The notes below the pieces were generated by a model that was not told the origin of the DNA, made no database searches, and saw only the letters and a list, made by a program, of their open reading frames with translations. From Gammaproteobacteria bacterium (GTDB lineage Bacteria; Pseudomonadota; Gammaproteobacteria; JABABF01): a stretch of 64,000 nucleotides of DNA. Each line of letters starts with the position of its first letter. The first letter of the stretch is position 1. This document shows positions 29,602 to 38,802 of this stretch, one piece after another. Both the position numbers and the translations under genes were made by a program. The stretch covers positions 1,661,585 through 1,725,584 of the forward strand of contig OZ250153.1 of the NCBI GenBank assembly GCA_965237805.1, written 5' to 3'.

Positions 29602-30650
29602 CTTATATCGCGCCGGGCTTCCGCCATCCCGACCAGGCGCTCAATGAGATCGGGCTGAGTCGCCGCGATTACGAGGGGGCTCTGTCGACGCTGTGTGCCG
29701 GTTGTGGTCACGATTCGGTGAGCGCGGCGATCGTGCAGGCCAGTTTCGAGTTGTCATTGCCACCGCACCGTTTCGCCAAGATATCTGGCATCGGTTGTTC
29801 CTCCAAAACACCGACCTATTTCTTGGGTCGCTCGCACGGTTTCAACGCCGTGCATGGGCGCATGCCGTCCATCGCCAGCGGCGCACATTTGGCCAATGGC
29901 GAATTGCACTATGTGGCCATATCCGGCGATGGCGACACCGCTTCCATCGGCATCGGCCAATTCGTACATGTGATCCGCCGCAATGTGAATATGCTTTATC
30001 TATTGGAGAACAACGGCTGCTACGGATTGACCAAGGGTCAAGATTCAGCCACTACCGACATCGGCTCCAAAGCCAAGGCAGGGCACGAGGGTTTTCTGCC
30101 GCCGGTGGATCTGTGCGCGATGGCTCTGCAGCTCGGTGCTGGCTTTGTAGCGCGCAGTTTTTCTGGCGACAAGCAGCAGTTGGTGCCGCTGATCAAAGCG
30201 GCGATCAAGTATCGTGGCTTTGCCTTCATCGATGTGATTTCTCCTTGTGTGACTTTCAACAACAACGACGAGTCGACCAAGAGCTACAGCCATGCGCGCC
30301 GCGCCATCCACGCAACCAATACGATCGACTATGTGCCTGAGCGCACTGAGATCAGTACTGAATACGCCCCGGGAGAGCGCGTGGCGGTTCCCCTGCACGA
30401 TGGCGGCGAGATCGTGTTGCGCAAGGCGGAATCCGATTTTCAGCCCCGCGATGGGATGGCTGCGCTGAACGCGATGCACAAGGCCGCCACCAGCGGCGAG
30501 ATATTGACCGGCTTGCTCTACTTAGATCCAGACAAGCCAGACCTGCATACGATGCTCAAGACCTCTACCCGCCATTTGGCCGCGCTGGGAGAAGATGTGC
30601 TATGTCCGGGCGTAGCGGCGCTGGAGCAGATCAACGAAGAGTGCCGCTGA
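29598..30650 (+). CDS. korB: 2-oxoacid:ferredoxin oxidoreductase beta subunit
   Basis: CAGCGH, GIGCSS, HGR, TPP motif GDGD...NN, SPCVTFN. Confidence 0.93.
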   Translation: MTYIAPGFRHPDQALNEIGLSRRDYEGALSTLCAGCGHDSVSAAIVQASFELSLPPHRFAKISGIGCSSKTPTYFLGRSHGFNAVHGRMPSIASGAHLANGELHYVAISGDGDTASIGIGQFVHVIRRNVNMLYLLENNGCYGLTKGQDSATTDIGSKAKAGHEGFLPPVDLCAMALQLGAGFVARSFSGDKQQLVPLIKAAIKYRGFAFIDVISPCVTFNNNDESTKSYSHARRAIHATNTIDYVPERTEISTEYAPGERVAVPLHDGGEIVLRKAESDFQPRDGMAALNAMHKAATSGEILTGLLYLDPDKPDLHTMLKTSTRHLAALGEDVLCPGVAALEQINEECR

Positions 30651-30661
30651 CGCTGTACTGA

Positions 30662-32140
30662 CTAGTTTTTAGGCGGTAGGGGGTGCGGTGCGCTACGGCG
30701 CCCATGTTGATGTGCTGGATATGCACTCAACTGTTGTTCGAGCTGCTGCGCGCTTGTTGCGTTCCCTTGAGCATGGTACAGCGTGGCGAGGTGTTCCATG
30801 ACAATGGGGAGACTCTCACTCTGGGGATAATTGCTTTGCAAAGTGCTCAGCGAGCGCTCCAAGAGCGGTTGGGCCTTGCTGTATAAACCTTGGAATAGGT
30901 AGACGATAGCGAGGCTGCTGGCACTTGTCGCGGTGTCCAAATGTTCTGCCCCCAAGGCCTGCTCGTTGATTGCCAGCGCACGTTTTGCGAGCGACTCGGA
31001 TTTGCCATACTTGCCTTGGTTTTGGTACAGCGAGGCTAGGTTGTTCAGCGTGCGCGCAGTGTTTGGGTGGTCCTCTCCAAAGATTGACCTACTGATTGCC
31101 AAATTGCGTCGGTAGAGCGACTCAGCTTTGGCGTAATTGCCACGGTTGTGATAGATGATGGCAAGGACGTTGATGGTGGCTGCGGTCTGTGGGTGGTCCA
31201 GACCCAGCGCCGCCTCTTCGATCTTGAGGGCACGATTAATCAGTGTCTCAACTTTTTGAAATTGCCCTTGGTGCTCATAAATCTTGGCAAGATGGTTGAG
31301 TGCGGTCGCTGCGTTTGGCGTTTCTTTATCGATCAATTGCGCTTCAATCGACCGCAGCTGTTCGCTGAAATCCTGCAGCTTAGCACCGAGCTGTAGAGCA
31401 CTCTCGATTGCGTTGAGCTGATTGAGGGTGCTGGCAATTTTTGAAGTGCCCTCGGGAGCGCCATCTGTCAGCGCCAAGGCGCGTTTGAAGAGCTGATCTG
31501 CCTTGCTGTATTCGCCTTGGTATCGCTTGGTCTTAGCGAGCTGATTGAGTGCTGACACAGTGTCTGGATGTTTGTCACCCAGCACTTTTTTATTAATGGC
31601 CAGAGCGCGTTTGAACTGTACTTCGGCACGATCGTATTCTGCGTTGGCTTGATGTAATATGCCGATGGATCTGAGGGTGCGCGCGGTGTAGCGGTGCTCA
31701 TGACCTAATTCTTGCTCGGCAATTGCCAAAGCGCGAACTAACAGCGGCTCGGCTTGTTGGGGTTTTCCTTGGGCGATGTAGAGTATGGCAAGGTTGTTGA
31801 GGGTGGCCGCGGTGTTGTGATTGTCTGAGCCGTGGATTTTTTGGCTGATTTCCAAAGCGCGGTTGAACAGCGGTTCAGCTTGTCTGTGGTTTCCTTGGCG
31901 CAGATACAGATCAGCCAAGTTGTTGAGTGCGGCTGCGGTGGCGATATGCTCAGGACCCAGGATGAATTCTCTGATGTATAACGCACTTTTGACTGTCTTT
32001 TCGGCTTCGGCAAAATCGCCGCGTTGCAGTGCGGCTTGGGCGTGGCGGTCAGCGATGCCGCCGCTCAGCCATATGACCGTTGCACCCAACACCATACAGA
32101 TGAGCAGTACGACGATACTAGTATTCTTTTTGAGGGTCAT
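30662..32140 (-). CDS. membrane-anchored TPR protein (42-aa kinesin-light-chain-like repeats), diverged
   Basis: N-terminal TM helix then repeats LGxxHxxTAxxLNNLAxLY; start set at MTLKK. Confidence 0.9.
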   Translation of the reverse strand: MTLKKNTSIVVLLICMVLGATVIWLSGGIADRHAQAALQRGDFAEAEKTVKSALYIREFILGPEHIATAAALNNLADLYLRQGNHRQAEPLFNRALEISQKIHGSDNHNTAATLNNLAILYIAQGKPQQAEPLLVRALAIAEQELGHEHRYTARTLRSIGILHQANAEYDRAEVQFKRALAINKKVLGDKHPDTVSALNQLAKTKRYQGEYSKADQLFKRALALTDGAPEGTSKIASTLNQLNAIESALQLGAKLQDFSEQLRSIEAQLIDKETPNAATALNHLAKIYEHQGQFQKVETLINRALKIEEAALGLDHPQTAATINVLAIIYHNRGNYAKAESLYRRNLAISRSIFGEDHPNTARTLNNLASLYQNQGKYGKSESLAKRALAINEQALGAEHLDTATSASSLAIVYLFQGLYSKAQPLLERSLSTLQSNYPQSESLPIVMEHLATLYHAQGNATSAQQLEQQLSAYPAHQHGRRSAPHPLPPKN

Positions 32141-32204
32141 CGCTTTGATCCTGATTTTTGAGCAATTGATATTAATACGCAATAAGCGTCCTGATCCCTT
32201 GCTT

Positions 32205-33068
32205 TTATTCCATCGGGAATTCGCTGGGCGCTTTGATGTGGGGTGGGTCATTTTCCATGATCCCGCGCATGCGGCGCTCGACTTGCGCGATACTCCCCTG
32301 CTTGTGTGTCAGGATGTAGAAGCGCTCCTCGCGCACAGCGTCGAAAACCAGCTCGGCCACTTGACTTGTCCCCATGGCGATGGCGTCCAAAATATCGCTG
32401 AAATCCTTGGCTTGATCCAAGCTCTGTTGGCGTGCTGTCTCGTCGTATTCTTCGCTCAGTGCGCGGTTGCGCGCTGACAAGTGGAGTTTGGTGTTGACGA
32501 AGCTCGGGCACAGCACCGAGATGCCGACCTTGGCATCCTCGTTGCGCAGCTCGGAGAACAGCCCCTCCGACAGCGATACCACCGCGTGTTTGCTGAGGTT
32601 ATAGGGCGACATGTCTGGCACTGACATCAAGCCAGCGACAGAGCCGGTGTTGACGACATGCCCGCCCTCTTCCTGTGCCAGCATCCCCGGAAGGAAGTAG
32701 TGTAAACCATAGATTACGCTCCACATATTGACATCGATCACCCAGCGCCATTCCGCCAGTGGGATCTCCCACAACTTGCCGCCACCGCCGACGCCAGCGT
32801 TGTTGCACAGCAGGTGCACTGCCCCGAAACGCTCCCGCACGCTGCGTTCCAAGTCGCGCACCGCATCGGGGTCGCCGACATCGCATGGCAAGGCCAACAG
32901 TTCGGCACCATCTTTTGCCAAACGCTCGGCTTCGCTTTGCAAGCGCGCGGCCTCGATATCGGCCATCACCACCCGCATCCCTTCGGCGACCGCACGCTCG
33001 GCCAGCGCCAAGCCGATACCGCTGGCGGCTCCAGTGATCACAGCGACTTTATTCGTGAAAGTTTTAAT
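32205..33068 (-). CDS. short-chain dehydrogenase (paralog of 38803-39672), atypical start
   Basis: TGAASGIG, NNAG, YxxSK; homology extends upstream of GTG 33041 to an ATT at 33068. Confidence 0.88.
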   Translation of the reverse strand: MKTFTNKVAVITGAASGIGLALAERAVAEGMRVVMADIEAARLQSEAERLAKDGAELLALPCDVGDPDAVRDLERSVRERFGAVHLLCNNAGVGGGGKLWEIPLAEWRWVIDVNMWSVIYGLHYFLPGMLAQEEGGHVVNTGSVAGLMSVPDMSPYNLSKHAVVSLSEGLFSELRNEDAKVGISVLCPSFVNTKLHLSARNRALSEEYDETARQQSLDQAKDFSDILDAIAMGTSQVAELVFDAVREERFYILTHKQGSIAQVERRMRGIMENDPPHIKAPSEFPME

Positions 33069-33099
33069 CGCTGCACTCCCCCGATTTAAGTTGGCTGAT

Positions 33100-33294
33100 T
33101 TAGCCGCCTTGTTGGTCGCTTGCGCTTTGCAAAAGATGTCTTCCCAATACGAGACAGATAACGACAGTCACCAAATCGGCCACATGCCACCCCAGAGTCG
33201 GCACGAAGCCAAACATGCCCGCCGAAAACAGTAGCAGGATCACAATACCCCAGCCAATACTGAGTTTTCCGAGCTGATTGCTGTTGAGATTCAT
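33100..33294 (-). CDS. small two-TM membrane protein
   Basis: MNLNSNQLGKLSIGWGIVILLLF...; GGAG SD upstream; two hydrophobic segments. Confidence 0.55.
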   Translation of the reverse strand: MNLNSNQLGKLSIGWGIVILLLFSAGMFGFVPTLGWHVADLVTVVICLVLGRHLLQSASDQQGG

Positions 33295-33376
33295 GATGGT
33301 CTCCGCTGGGATCGCAATATTGCACACTGCAGTTGCAGTGCGTTATCAGTATATCACGCGATCCGCCCGCTTATTG

Positions 33377-33446
33377 CCATTCCAGCGGGAATGCACTCGG
33401 CTCAGTGATGTGTGGTGGGTCGTTTTCCACTGATGCCGCGCATGCG
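33377..33446 (-). pseudogene. 3' remnant of an SDR gene
   Basis: Matches the end of SDR 38803-38875 (ENDPPHITEPSAFPLEW). Confidence 0.85.
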
Positions 33447-33480
33447 GCCAGTACCCCAAGGAGGTGATACAGCACTAAGG

Positions 33481-33881
33481 TTTTGCCTTCATCGATGTTA
33501 TTTCTCCCTGCGTGACCTTCAACAACAACGAGTAATCGACCAAGAGTGACAGCCATGCCCCGTCGCTCAATCCACACCGCCAATGCGGTGGACTATGTAC
33601 ACGAGCGCGCCGAGCTCAGCGCCGACTACGCGCCGGACGAGAGCGTGGCGGTAGCGCTACACAACGGTGGCGAGATCGTCTTGCCTAAGGTGGCAATAGC
33701 ATTCCAGCCCGGCGACGAGATGGCAGCACTAACAGCAATGCACCGCGCTACTGCCGCCAGCGAAATCCTGACGAGGCTACTTTAGCTAGAGACCTCAACC
33801 CGCCATCTGGCCGCACTGGGTGAGGAAGAACTGTGCCTAGCGGTGGAACTGCTGGAGCAGATTAGCGAGGAGTGCCGCTGA
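33481..33881 (+). pseudogene. korB: korB 3' fragment, copy 1
   Basis: Aligns with korB about 30217-30650; in-frame TAA, a frameshift and an internal deletion; ends gagtgccgctga like korB. Confidence 0.88.
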
Positions 33882-33914
33882 GAGGAGGGGGATGGCATCC
33901 TCGAATAGTGAGGA

Positions 33915-36146
33915 TTATTTCTTGACACTCTCTAACCATTGCTCGTATTGCTTGGCTTTATGAGGTTCTCCTATAGAGTGGTAGAGATTGGCGAGGTTAT
34001 AGAGGGATGTTGCAGTGTCGGGGTGATCAGAGCCGAGGGATTTCTCTCTGATAGCCAAGGCGCGCAGTAAGAGGGGCTCAGCTTTAGCATATAGGCCTTG
34101 GGAATAGTACAGATTGGCGAGGTTATAGAGGGATGTTGCGGTGTCAGGGTGAGCAGAGCCGAGGGATTTCTCGTTGATAGCCAAGGCGTATTGGTAGAGC
34201 GGCTTAGCTTTAGCGTATAGGCCTTGGGATTTGTACAGTAGGGCGAGGTTATTGAGGGATATTGCAGTGTCGGGGTGATCAGAGCCGAGGGATTTCTCTT
34301 GGATAGTCAAGGCGCGTAGCAAGAGCGGCTCGGCTTTGGCGTATAGGCCTTGGGATTCGTAAAGTGCGGCGAGGTTATTGAGGGATGTTGCGGTGTCAGG
34401 GTGATCAGAGCCGAGGGATTTCTCTGTGATAGCCAAGGCGCGTAGCAAGGGCGGCTCAGCTTTAGCGTATAGGCCTTCGTCTTGGTAAAGTTCGGCGAGG
34501 TTATTGAGGGATATTGCGGTGAAAGGGTGATCAGAGCCGAGGGATTTCTCTATGATAGCCAAGGCGCGTAGCAAGAGCGGCTCAGCTTTGGCGTATAGGC
34601 CTTCGTCTTGGTAAAGTTCGGCGAGGTTATTGAGGGATATTGCGGTGTCAGGGTGATCAGAGCCGAGGGATTTCTCTGTGATAGTCAGGGCGCGTAGCAA
34701 GAGCGGCTCAGCTTTAGCGTATAGGCCTTCGTCTTGGTAAAGTTCGGCGAGGTTATTGAGGGATGTTGCGGTGTCAGGGTGATCAGAGCCGAGGGATTTC
34801 AAGTTGATAGTCAAGGCGCGTAGCAAGAGCGGCTCGGCTTTGGCGTATAGGCCTTCGTCTTGGTAAAGTTCGGCGAGGTTATTGAGGGATATTGCGGTGC
34901 CAGGGTGATCAGAGCCGAGGGATTTCTCGTTGATAGTCAAGGCGCGCAGTAAGAGGGGCTCGGCTTTGGCGTATAGGCCTTCGTCTTGGTAAAGTTCGGC
35001 GAGGTTATTGAGGGATATTGCGGTGCCAGGGTGATCAGAGCCGAGGGATTTCTCGTTGATAGTCAAGGCGCGCAGTAAGAGGGGCTCGGCTTTGGCGTAT
35101 AGGCCTTGGTCTTGGTAAAGTTCGGCGAGGTTATTGAGGGATGTTGCGGTGCTAGGGTGATCAGAGCCGAGGGATTTCTCTCTGATAGTCAAGGCGCGTA
35201 GCAAGAGGGGCTCGACTTTAGCGTATAGGCCTTCGTCTTGGTAAAGTTCGGCGAGGTTATTGAGGGATGTTGCGGTGCCAGGGTGATCAGAGCCGAGGGA
35301 TGTCTCTGTGATAGCCAAGGCGCGTAGCAAGAGCGGCTCAGCTTTAGCGTATAGGCCTTTGTCTTGGTAAAGTTCGGCGAGGTTATTGAGGGATATTGCG
35401 GTGTCAGGGTGATCAGAGCCGAGGGATTGCTCTGTGATAGTCAAGGCGCGCAGTAAGAGCGGCTCAGCTTTAGCGTATAGGCCTTGGACTTGGTAAAGTT
35501 CGGCGAGGTTATTGAGGGATATTGCGGTGTCAGGGTGATCAGAGCCGAGGGATTTCTCTCTGATAGTCAAGGTGCGCAGTAAGAGGGGCTCAGCTGTGGC
35601 GTATAGGCCTTGGGCTTGGTAAAGTTCGGCGAGGTTATTGAGGGATGTTGCGGTGTCGGGATGATCAGAGCCGAGGGATTGCTCTGTGATAGTCAAGGCG
35701 CGCAGTAAGAGGGGCTCAGCTGTGGCGTATAGGCCTTCGTCTTGGTAAAGTTCGGCGAGGTTATTGAGGGATGTTGCGGTGTCGGGATGATCAGGGCCGA
35801 GGTGTTTCTCTCTGATAGCCAAGGCGCGCAGTAAGAGGGGCTCAGCTGTGGCGTATAGGCCTTGGACTTGGTAAAGTTCGGCGAGGTTATTGAGGGATGT
35901 TGCGGTGAAAAGGGGATCAGAGGCGGCCTTCTGTGGTGCAAGACCACCCCGTAGTATTTCTTGTGTCTTTAATGAAATCCTTGTCTGCCCGATCCCTATA
36001 TACACACAGCCACTTATAACAATCATCAAGCACAGGGGCATTAAAAGCCATCGCCACTTCATCCTGTTCCTAAATGCTTTCCATATTAACCACCAACAAC
36101 CTAGTTGTATCATAATCACCAAAGTTTGCAAAATTTGTTCTGACAT
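33915..36146 (-). CDS. two-TM-anchored TPR protein with 16 near-identical 42-aa repeats
   Basis: Repeat TAxSLNNLAxLYxxxGLYAKAEPLLLRALxIxEKSLGSDHPx counted in the translation; 126-bp DNA periodicity. Confidence 0.95.
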   Translation of the reverse strand: MSEQILQTLVIMIQLGCWWLIWKAFRNRMKWRWLLMPLCLMIVISGCVYIGIGQTRISLKTQEILRGGLAPQKAASDPLFTATSLNNLAELYQVQGLYATAEPLLLRALAIREKHLGPDHPDTATSLNNLAELYQDEGLYATAEPLLLRALTITEQSLGSDHPDTATSLNNLAELYQAQGLYATAEPLLLRTLTIREKSLGSDHPDTAISLNNLAELYQVQGLYAKAEPLLLRALTITEQSLGSDHPDTAISLNNLAELYQDKGLYAKAEPLLLRALAITETSLGSDHPGTATSLNNLAELYQDEGLYAKVEPLLLRALTIREKSLGSDHPSTATSLNNLAELYQDQGLYAKAEPLLLRALTINEKSLGSDHPGTAISLNNLAELYQDEGLYAKAEPLLLRALTINEKSLGSDHPGTAISLNNLAELYQDEGLYAKAEPLLLRALTINLKSLGSDHPDTATSLNNLAELYQDEGLYAKAEPLLLRALTITEKSLGSDHPDTAISLNNLAELYQDEGLYAKAEPLLLRALAIIEKSLGSDHPFTAISLNNLAELYQDEGLYAKAEPPLLRALAITEKSLGSDHPDTATSLNNLAALYESQGLYAKAEPLLLRALTIQEKSLGSDHPDTAISLNNLALLYKSQGLYAKAKPLYQYALAINEKSLGSAHPDTATSLYNLANLYYSQGLYAKAEPLLLRALAIREKSLGSDHPDTATSLYNLANLYHSIGEPHKAKQYEQWLESVKK
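33975..35905 (-). repeat. 126-bp intragenic tandem array
   Basis: gcgaggttattgagggat recurs every 126 nt. Confidence 0.95.
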
Positions 36147-36334
36147 CACCAATCCGCCCCAGTTCCAGACACTATACGATTAGCTTATGGTTTCTGACAT
36201 CATCCGTCAAGTTGTAGCGGTGGGCATGGTCTAAGCGCGTCGTGTCGATCGTCGCACAATAGGGAGCTAATATTGGGAATCTGGAATAGCATTGACTGAG
36301 CTGCCCACATCCCACAAGCCCCGAGCTATCCCCC

Positions 36335-36405
36335 CACTCCAGTGGAAACGCCCCCGACTCGGTGATGTGTGGTGGGTCGTTTGCCACTGATGCCGCGCAT
36401 GCGGC
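36335..36405 (-). pseudogene. 3' remnant of an SDR gene, copy 2
   Basis: NDPPHITESGAFPLEW; duplicate of 33377-33446. Confidence 0.82.
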
Positions 36406-36437
36406 CAGTACCCCAAGGAGGTGATACAGCACTGAGG

Positions 36438-36838
36438 TTTTGCCTTCATCGATGTTATCTCTCCCTGCGTGACCTTCAACAACAACGAGTAATCGACCAA
36501 GAGTGACAGCCATGCCCCGTCGCTCAATCCACACCGCCAATGCGGTGGACTATGTACACGAGCGCGCCGAGCTCAGCGCCGATTATGCGCCGGACGAGAG
36601 CGTGGCGGTAGCGCTACACAACGGTGGCGAGATCGTCTTGCCTAAGGTGGCAATAGCATTCCAGCCCGGCGACGAGATGGCAGCACTAACAGCAATGCAC
36701 TGCGCTACTGCCGCCAGCGAAATCCTGACGAGGCTACTTTAGCTAGAGACCTCAACCGGCCATCTGGCCGCACTGGGTGAGGAAGAACTGTGCCTAGCGG
36801 TGGAACTGCTGGAGCAGATTAGCGAGGAGTGCCGCTGA
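36438..36838 (+). pseudogene. korB: korB 3' fragment, copy 2
   Basis: Near-identical to 33481-33881 at an offset of 2957 nt, with the same lesions. Confidence 0.88.
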
Positions 36839-36871
36839 GAGGAGGGGGATGGCATCCTCGAATAGTGAGGA

Positions 36872-38740
36872 TCATTTCTTGGCACTCAATAACCATTGCT
36901 CGTATTGCTTAGCTTTATGAGGTTCTCCTATAGAGTGGTAAAATTCGACGAGGTTATTGAGGGATGTTGCGGTGTCAGGGTGATCAGAGCCGAGGGATTT
37001 CTCTCTGATAGTCAAGGCGCGCAGTAAGAGGGGCTCAGCTTTAGCATATAGGCCTTGGGAATAGTACAGTAGGGCGAGGTTATTGAGGGATGTTGCAGTG
37101 TCGGGATGATCAGAGCCGAGGGATTTCTCTGTGATAGTCAAGGCGTATTGGTAGAGTGGCAAAGCTTTGGCGTATAGGCCTTGGGATTCGTAAAGTGCGG
37201 CGAGGTTATTGAGGGATGTTGCGGTGTCAGGGTGATCGGAGCCGAGGGATTTCGCTCTGATAGTCAAGGCGCGTAGCAAGAGCGGCTCAGCTTTAGCGTA
37301 TAGGCCTTGGGATCGGTAAAGTAGGGCGAGGTTATTGAGGGATGTTGCGGTGTCAGGGTGATCGGAGCCGAGGGATTTCTCTCTGATAGTCAAGGCGCGT
37401 AGCAAGAGCGGCTCGGCTCTGGCGTATAGGCCTTGGGATTTGTAAAGTTCGGCGAGGTTATTGAGGGATGTTGCGGTGCTAGGGTGATCAGAGCCGAGGG
37501 ATTTCTCTGTGATAGTCAAGGCGCGTAGCAAGAGCGGCTCAGCTTGAGCGTATAGGCCTTGGGAATAGTAAAGTGTGGCGAGGTTATTGAGGGATGTTGC
37601 GGTGTCAGGGTGATCAGAGCCGAGGGATTTCTCTCTGATAGTCAAGGCGCGTAGCAAGAGTGGCTCAGCTTTAGCGTATAGGCCTTGGGATTTGTAAAGT
37701 TCGGCGAGGTTATTGAGGGATGTTGTGGTGCTAGGGTGATCAGAGCCGAGGGATTTCTCTGTGATAGCCAAGGCGCGTAGCAAGAGCGGTTCGGCTTTGG
37801 CGTATAGGCCTTGGGAATAGTACAGTAGGGCGAGGTTATTGAGGGATGTTGCGGTGTCAGGGTGGTCAGAGCCGAGGGATTTCTCTGTGATAGTCAAGGT
37901 GTATTGGTAGAGCGGCTCGGCTTTGGCGTATAGGCCTTGGGATTTGTAAAGTCCGGCGAGGTTATTGAGGGATGTTGCGGTGCCAGGGTGATCAGAGCCG
38001 AGGGATTTCTCTTTGATAGCCAAGGAACGCAGTAAGAGCGGCTCGGCTTTGGCGTATAGGCCTTGGGATCGGTAAAGTTCGGCGAGGTTATTGAGGGATG
38101 TTGTGGTGCTAGGGTGATCAGAGCCGAGGGATTTCTCTCTGATAGCCAAGGCGCGTAGCAAGAGCGGCTCAGCTTTAGCGTATAGGCCTTGGGATCGGTA
38201 AAGTTCGGCGAGGTTATTGAGGGATGTTGCGGTGTCAGGGTGATCAGAGCCGAGGGATTTCTCTTTGATCGTCAAGGCGCGTAGAAAGAGCGGCTCGGCT
38301 TTGGCGTATAGGCCTTGGGATTTGTACAGTAGGGCGAGGTTATTGAGGGATGTTGCGGTGTCAGGGTGATCGGAGCCGAGGGATTTCTCTCTGATAGTCA
38401 AGGCGCGCAGTAAGAGCGGCTCGGCTTTGGCGTATAGGCCTTGACGATAATAGTCCCATGCACGTTTGTCGAGGGCTATGGGGTCTGGGGGATCAGAGCC
38501 CACGGATAGATCAGAGGTGGCCTTCTGTGGAGCAAGATCACCTCGTAGTATTTCTTGTGTCTCTAATGAAATCCTTGTCTGCCCGATCCCTGTATACACA
38601 CAGCCACTTATAACAATCATCAAGCACAGGGGCATTAAAAGCCATCGCCACTTCATCCTTTCCCTAAATGCTTTCCATATTAACCAGCAACAACCTAGTT
38701 GTATCATAATCACCAAAGTTTGCAAAATTTGTTCTGACAT
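36872..38740 (-). CDS. two-TM-anchored TPR protein with about 13 42-aa repeats (paralog of 33915-36146)
   Basis: Near-identical N-terminus and C-cap (HSIGEPHKAKQYEQWL); different repeat number and variants. Confidence 0.95.
   Translation of the reverse strand: MSEQILQTLVIMIQLGCCWLIWKAFRERMKWRWLLMPLCLMIVISGCVYTGIGQTRISLETQEILRGDLAPQKATSDLSVGSDPPDPIALDKRAWDYYRQGLYAKAEPLLLRALTIREKSLGSDHPDTATSLNNLALLYKSQGLYAKAEPLFLRALTIKEKSLGSDHPDTATSLNNLAELYRSQGLYAKAEPLLLRALAIREKSLGSDHPSTTTSLNNLAELYRSQGLYAKAEPLLLRSLAIKEKSLGSDHPGTATSLNNLAGLYKSQGLYAKAEPLYQYTLTITEKSLGSDHPDTATSLNNLALLYYSQGLYAKAEPLLLRALAITEKSLGSDHPSTTTSLNNLAELYKSQGLYAKAEPLLLRALTIREKSLGSDHPDTATSLNNLATLYYSQGLYAQAEPLLLRALTITEKSLGSDHPSTATSLNNLAELYKSQGLYARAEPLLLRALTIREKSLGSDHPDTATSLNNLALLYRSQGLYAKAEPLLLRALTIRAKSLGSDHPDTATSLNNLAALYESQGLYAKALPLYQYALTITEKSLGSDHPDTATSLNNLALLYYSQGLYAKAEPLLLRALTIREKSLGSDHPDTATSLNNLVEFYHSIGEPHKAKQYEQWLLSAKK
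36930..38440 (-). repeat. 126-bp intragenic tandem array
   Basis: Same repeat unit as 33975-35905. Confidence 0.95.
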
Positions 38741-38802
38741 CACCAATCCGCCCCAGCTCCAGACACTATACGATTAGCTGATGGTTGCTGACATCATCCG
38801 TA

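Noticed and set aside
33371-33785. ORFs 33371-33583 (-), 33546-33785 (+) and their copies at 36172-36742 as real genes
   Set aside because: They are reading frames through korB and SDR remnants.
33915-38740. Complete diversity-generating retroelement
   Set aside because: No reverse transcriptase, avd or template repeat is visible, and non-adenine variation also occurs; kept only as a low-score hypothesis.
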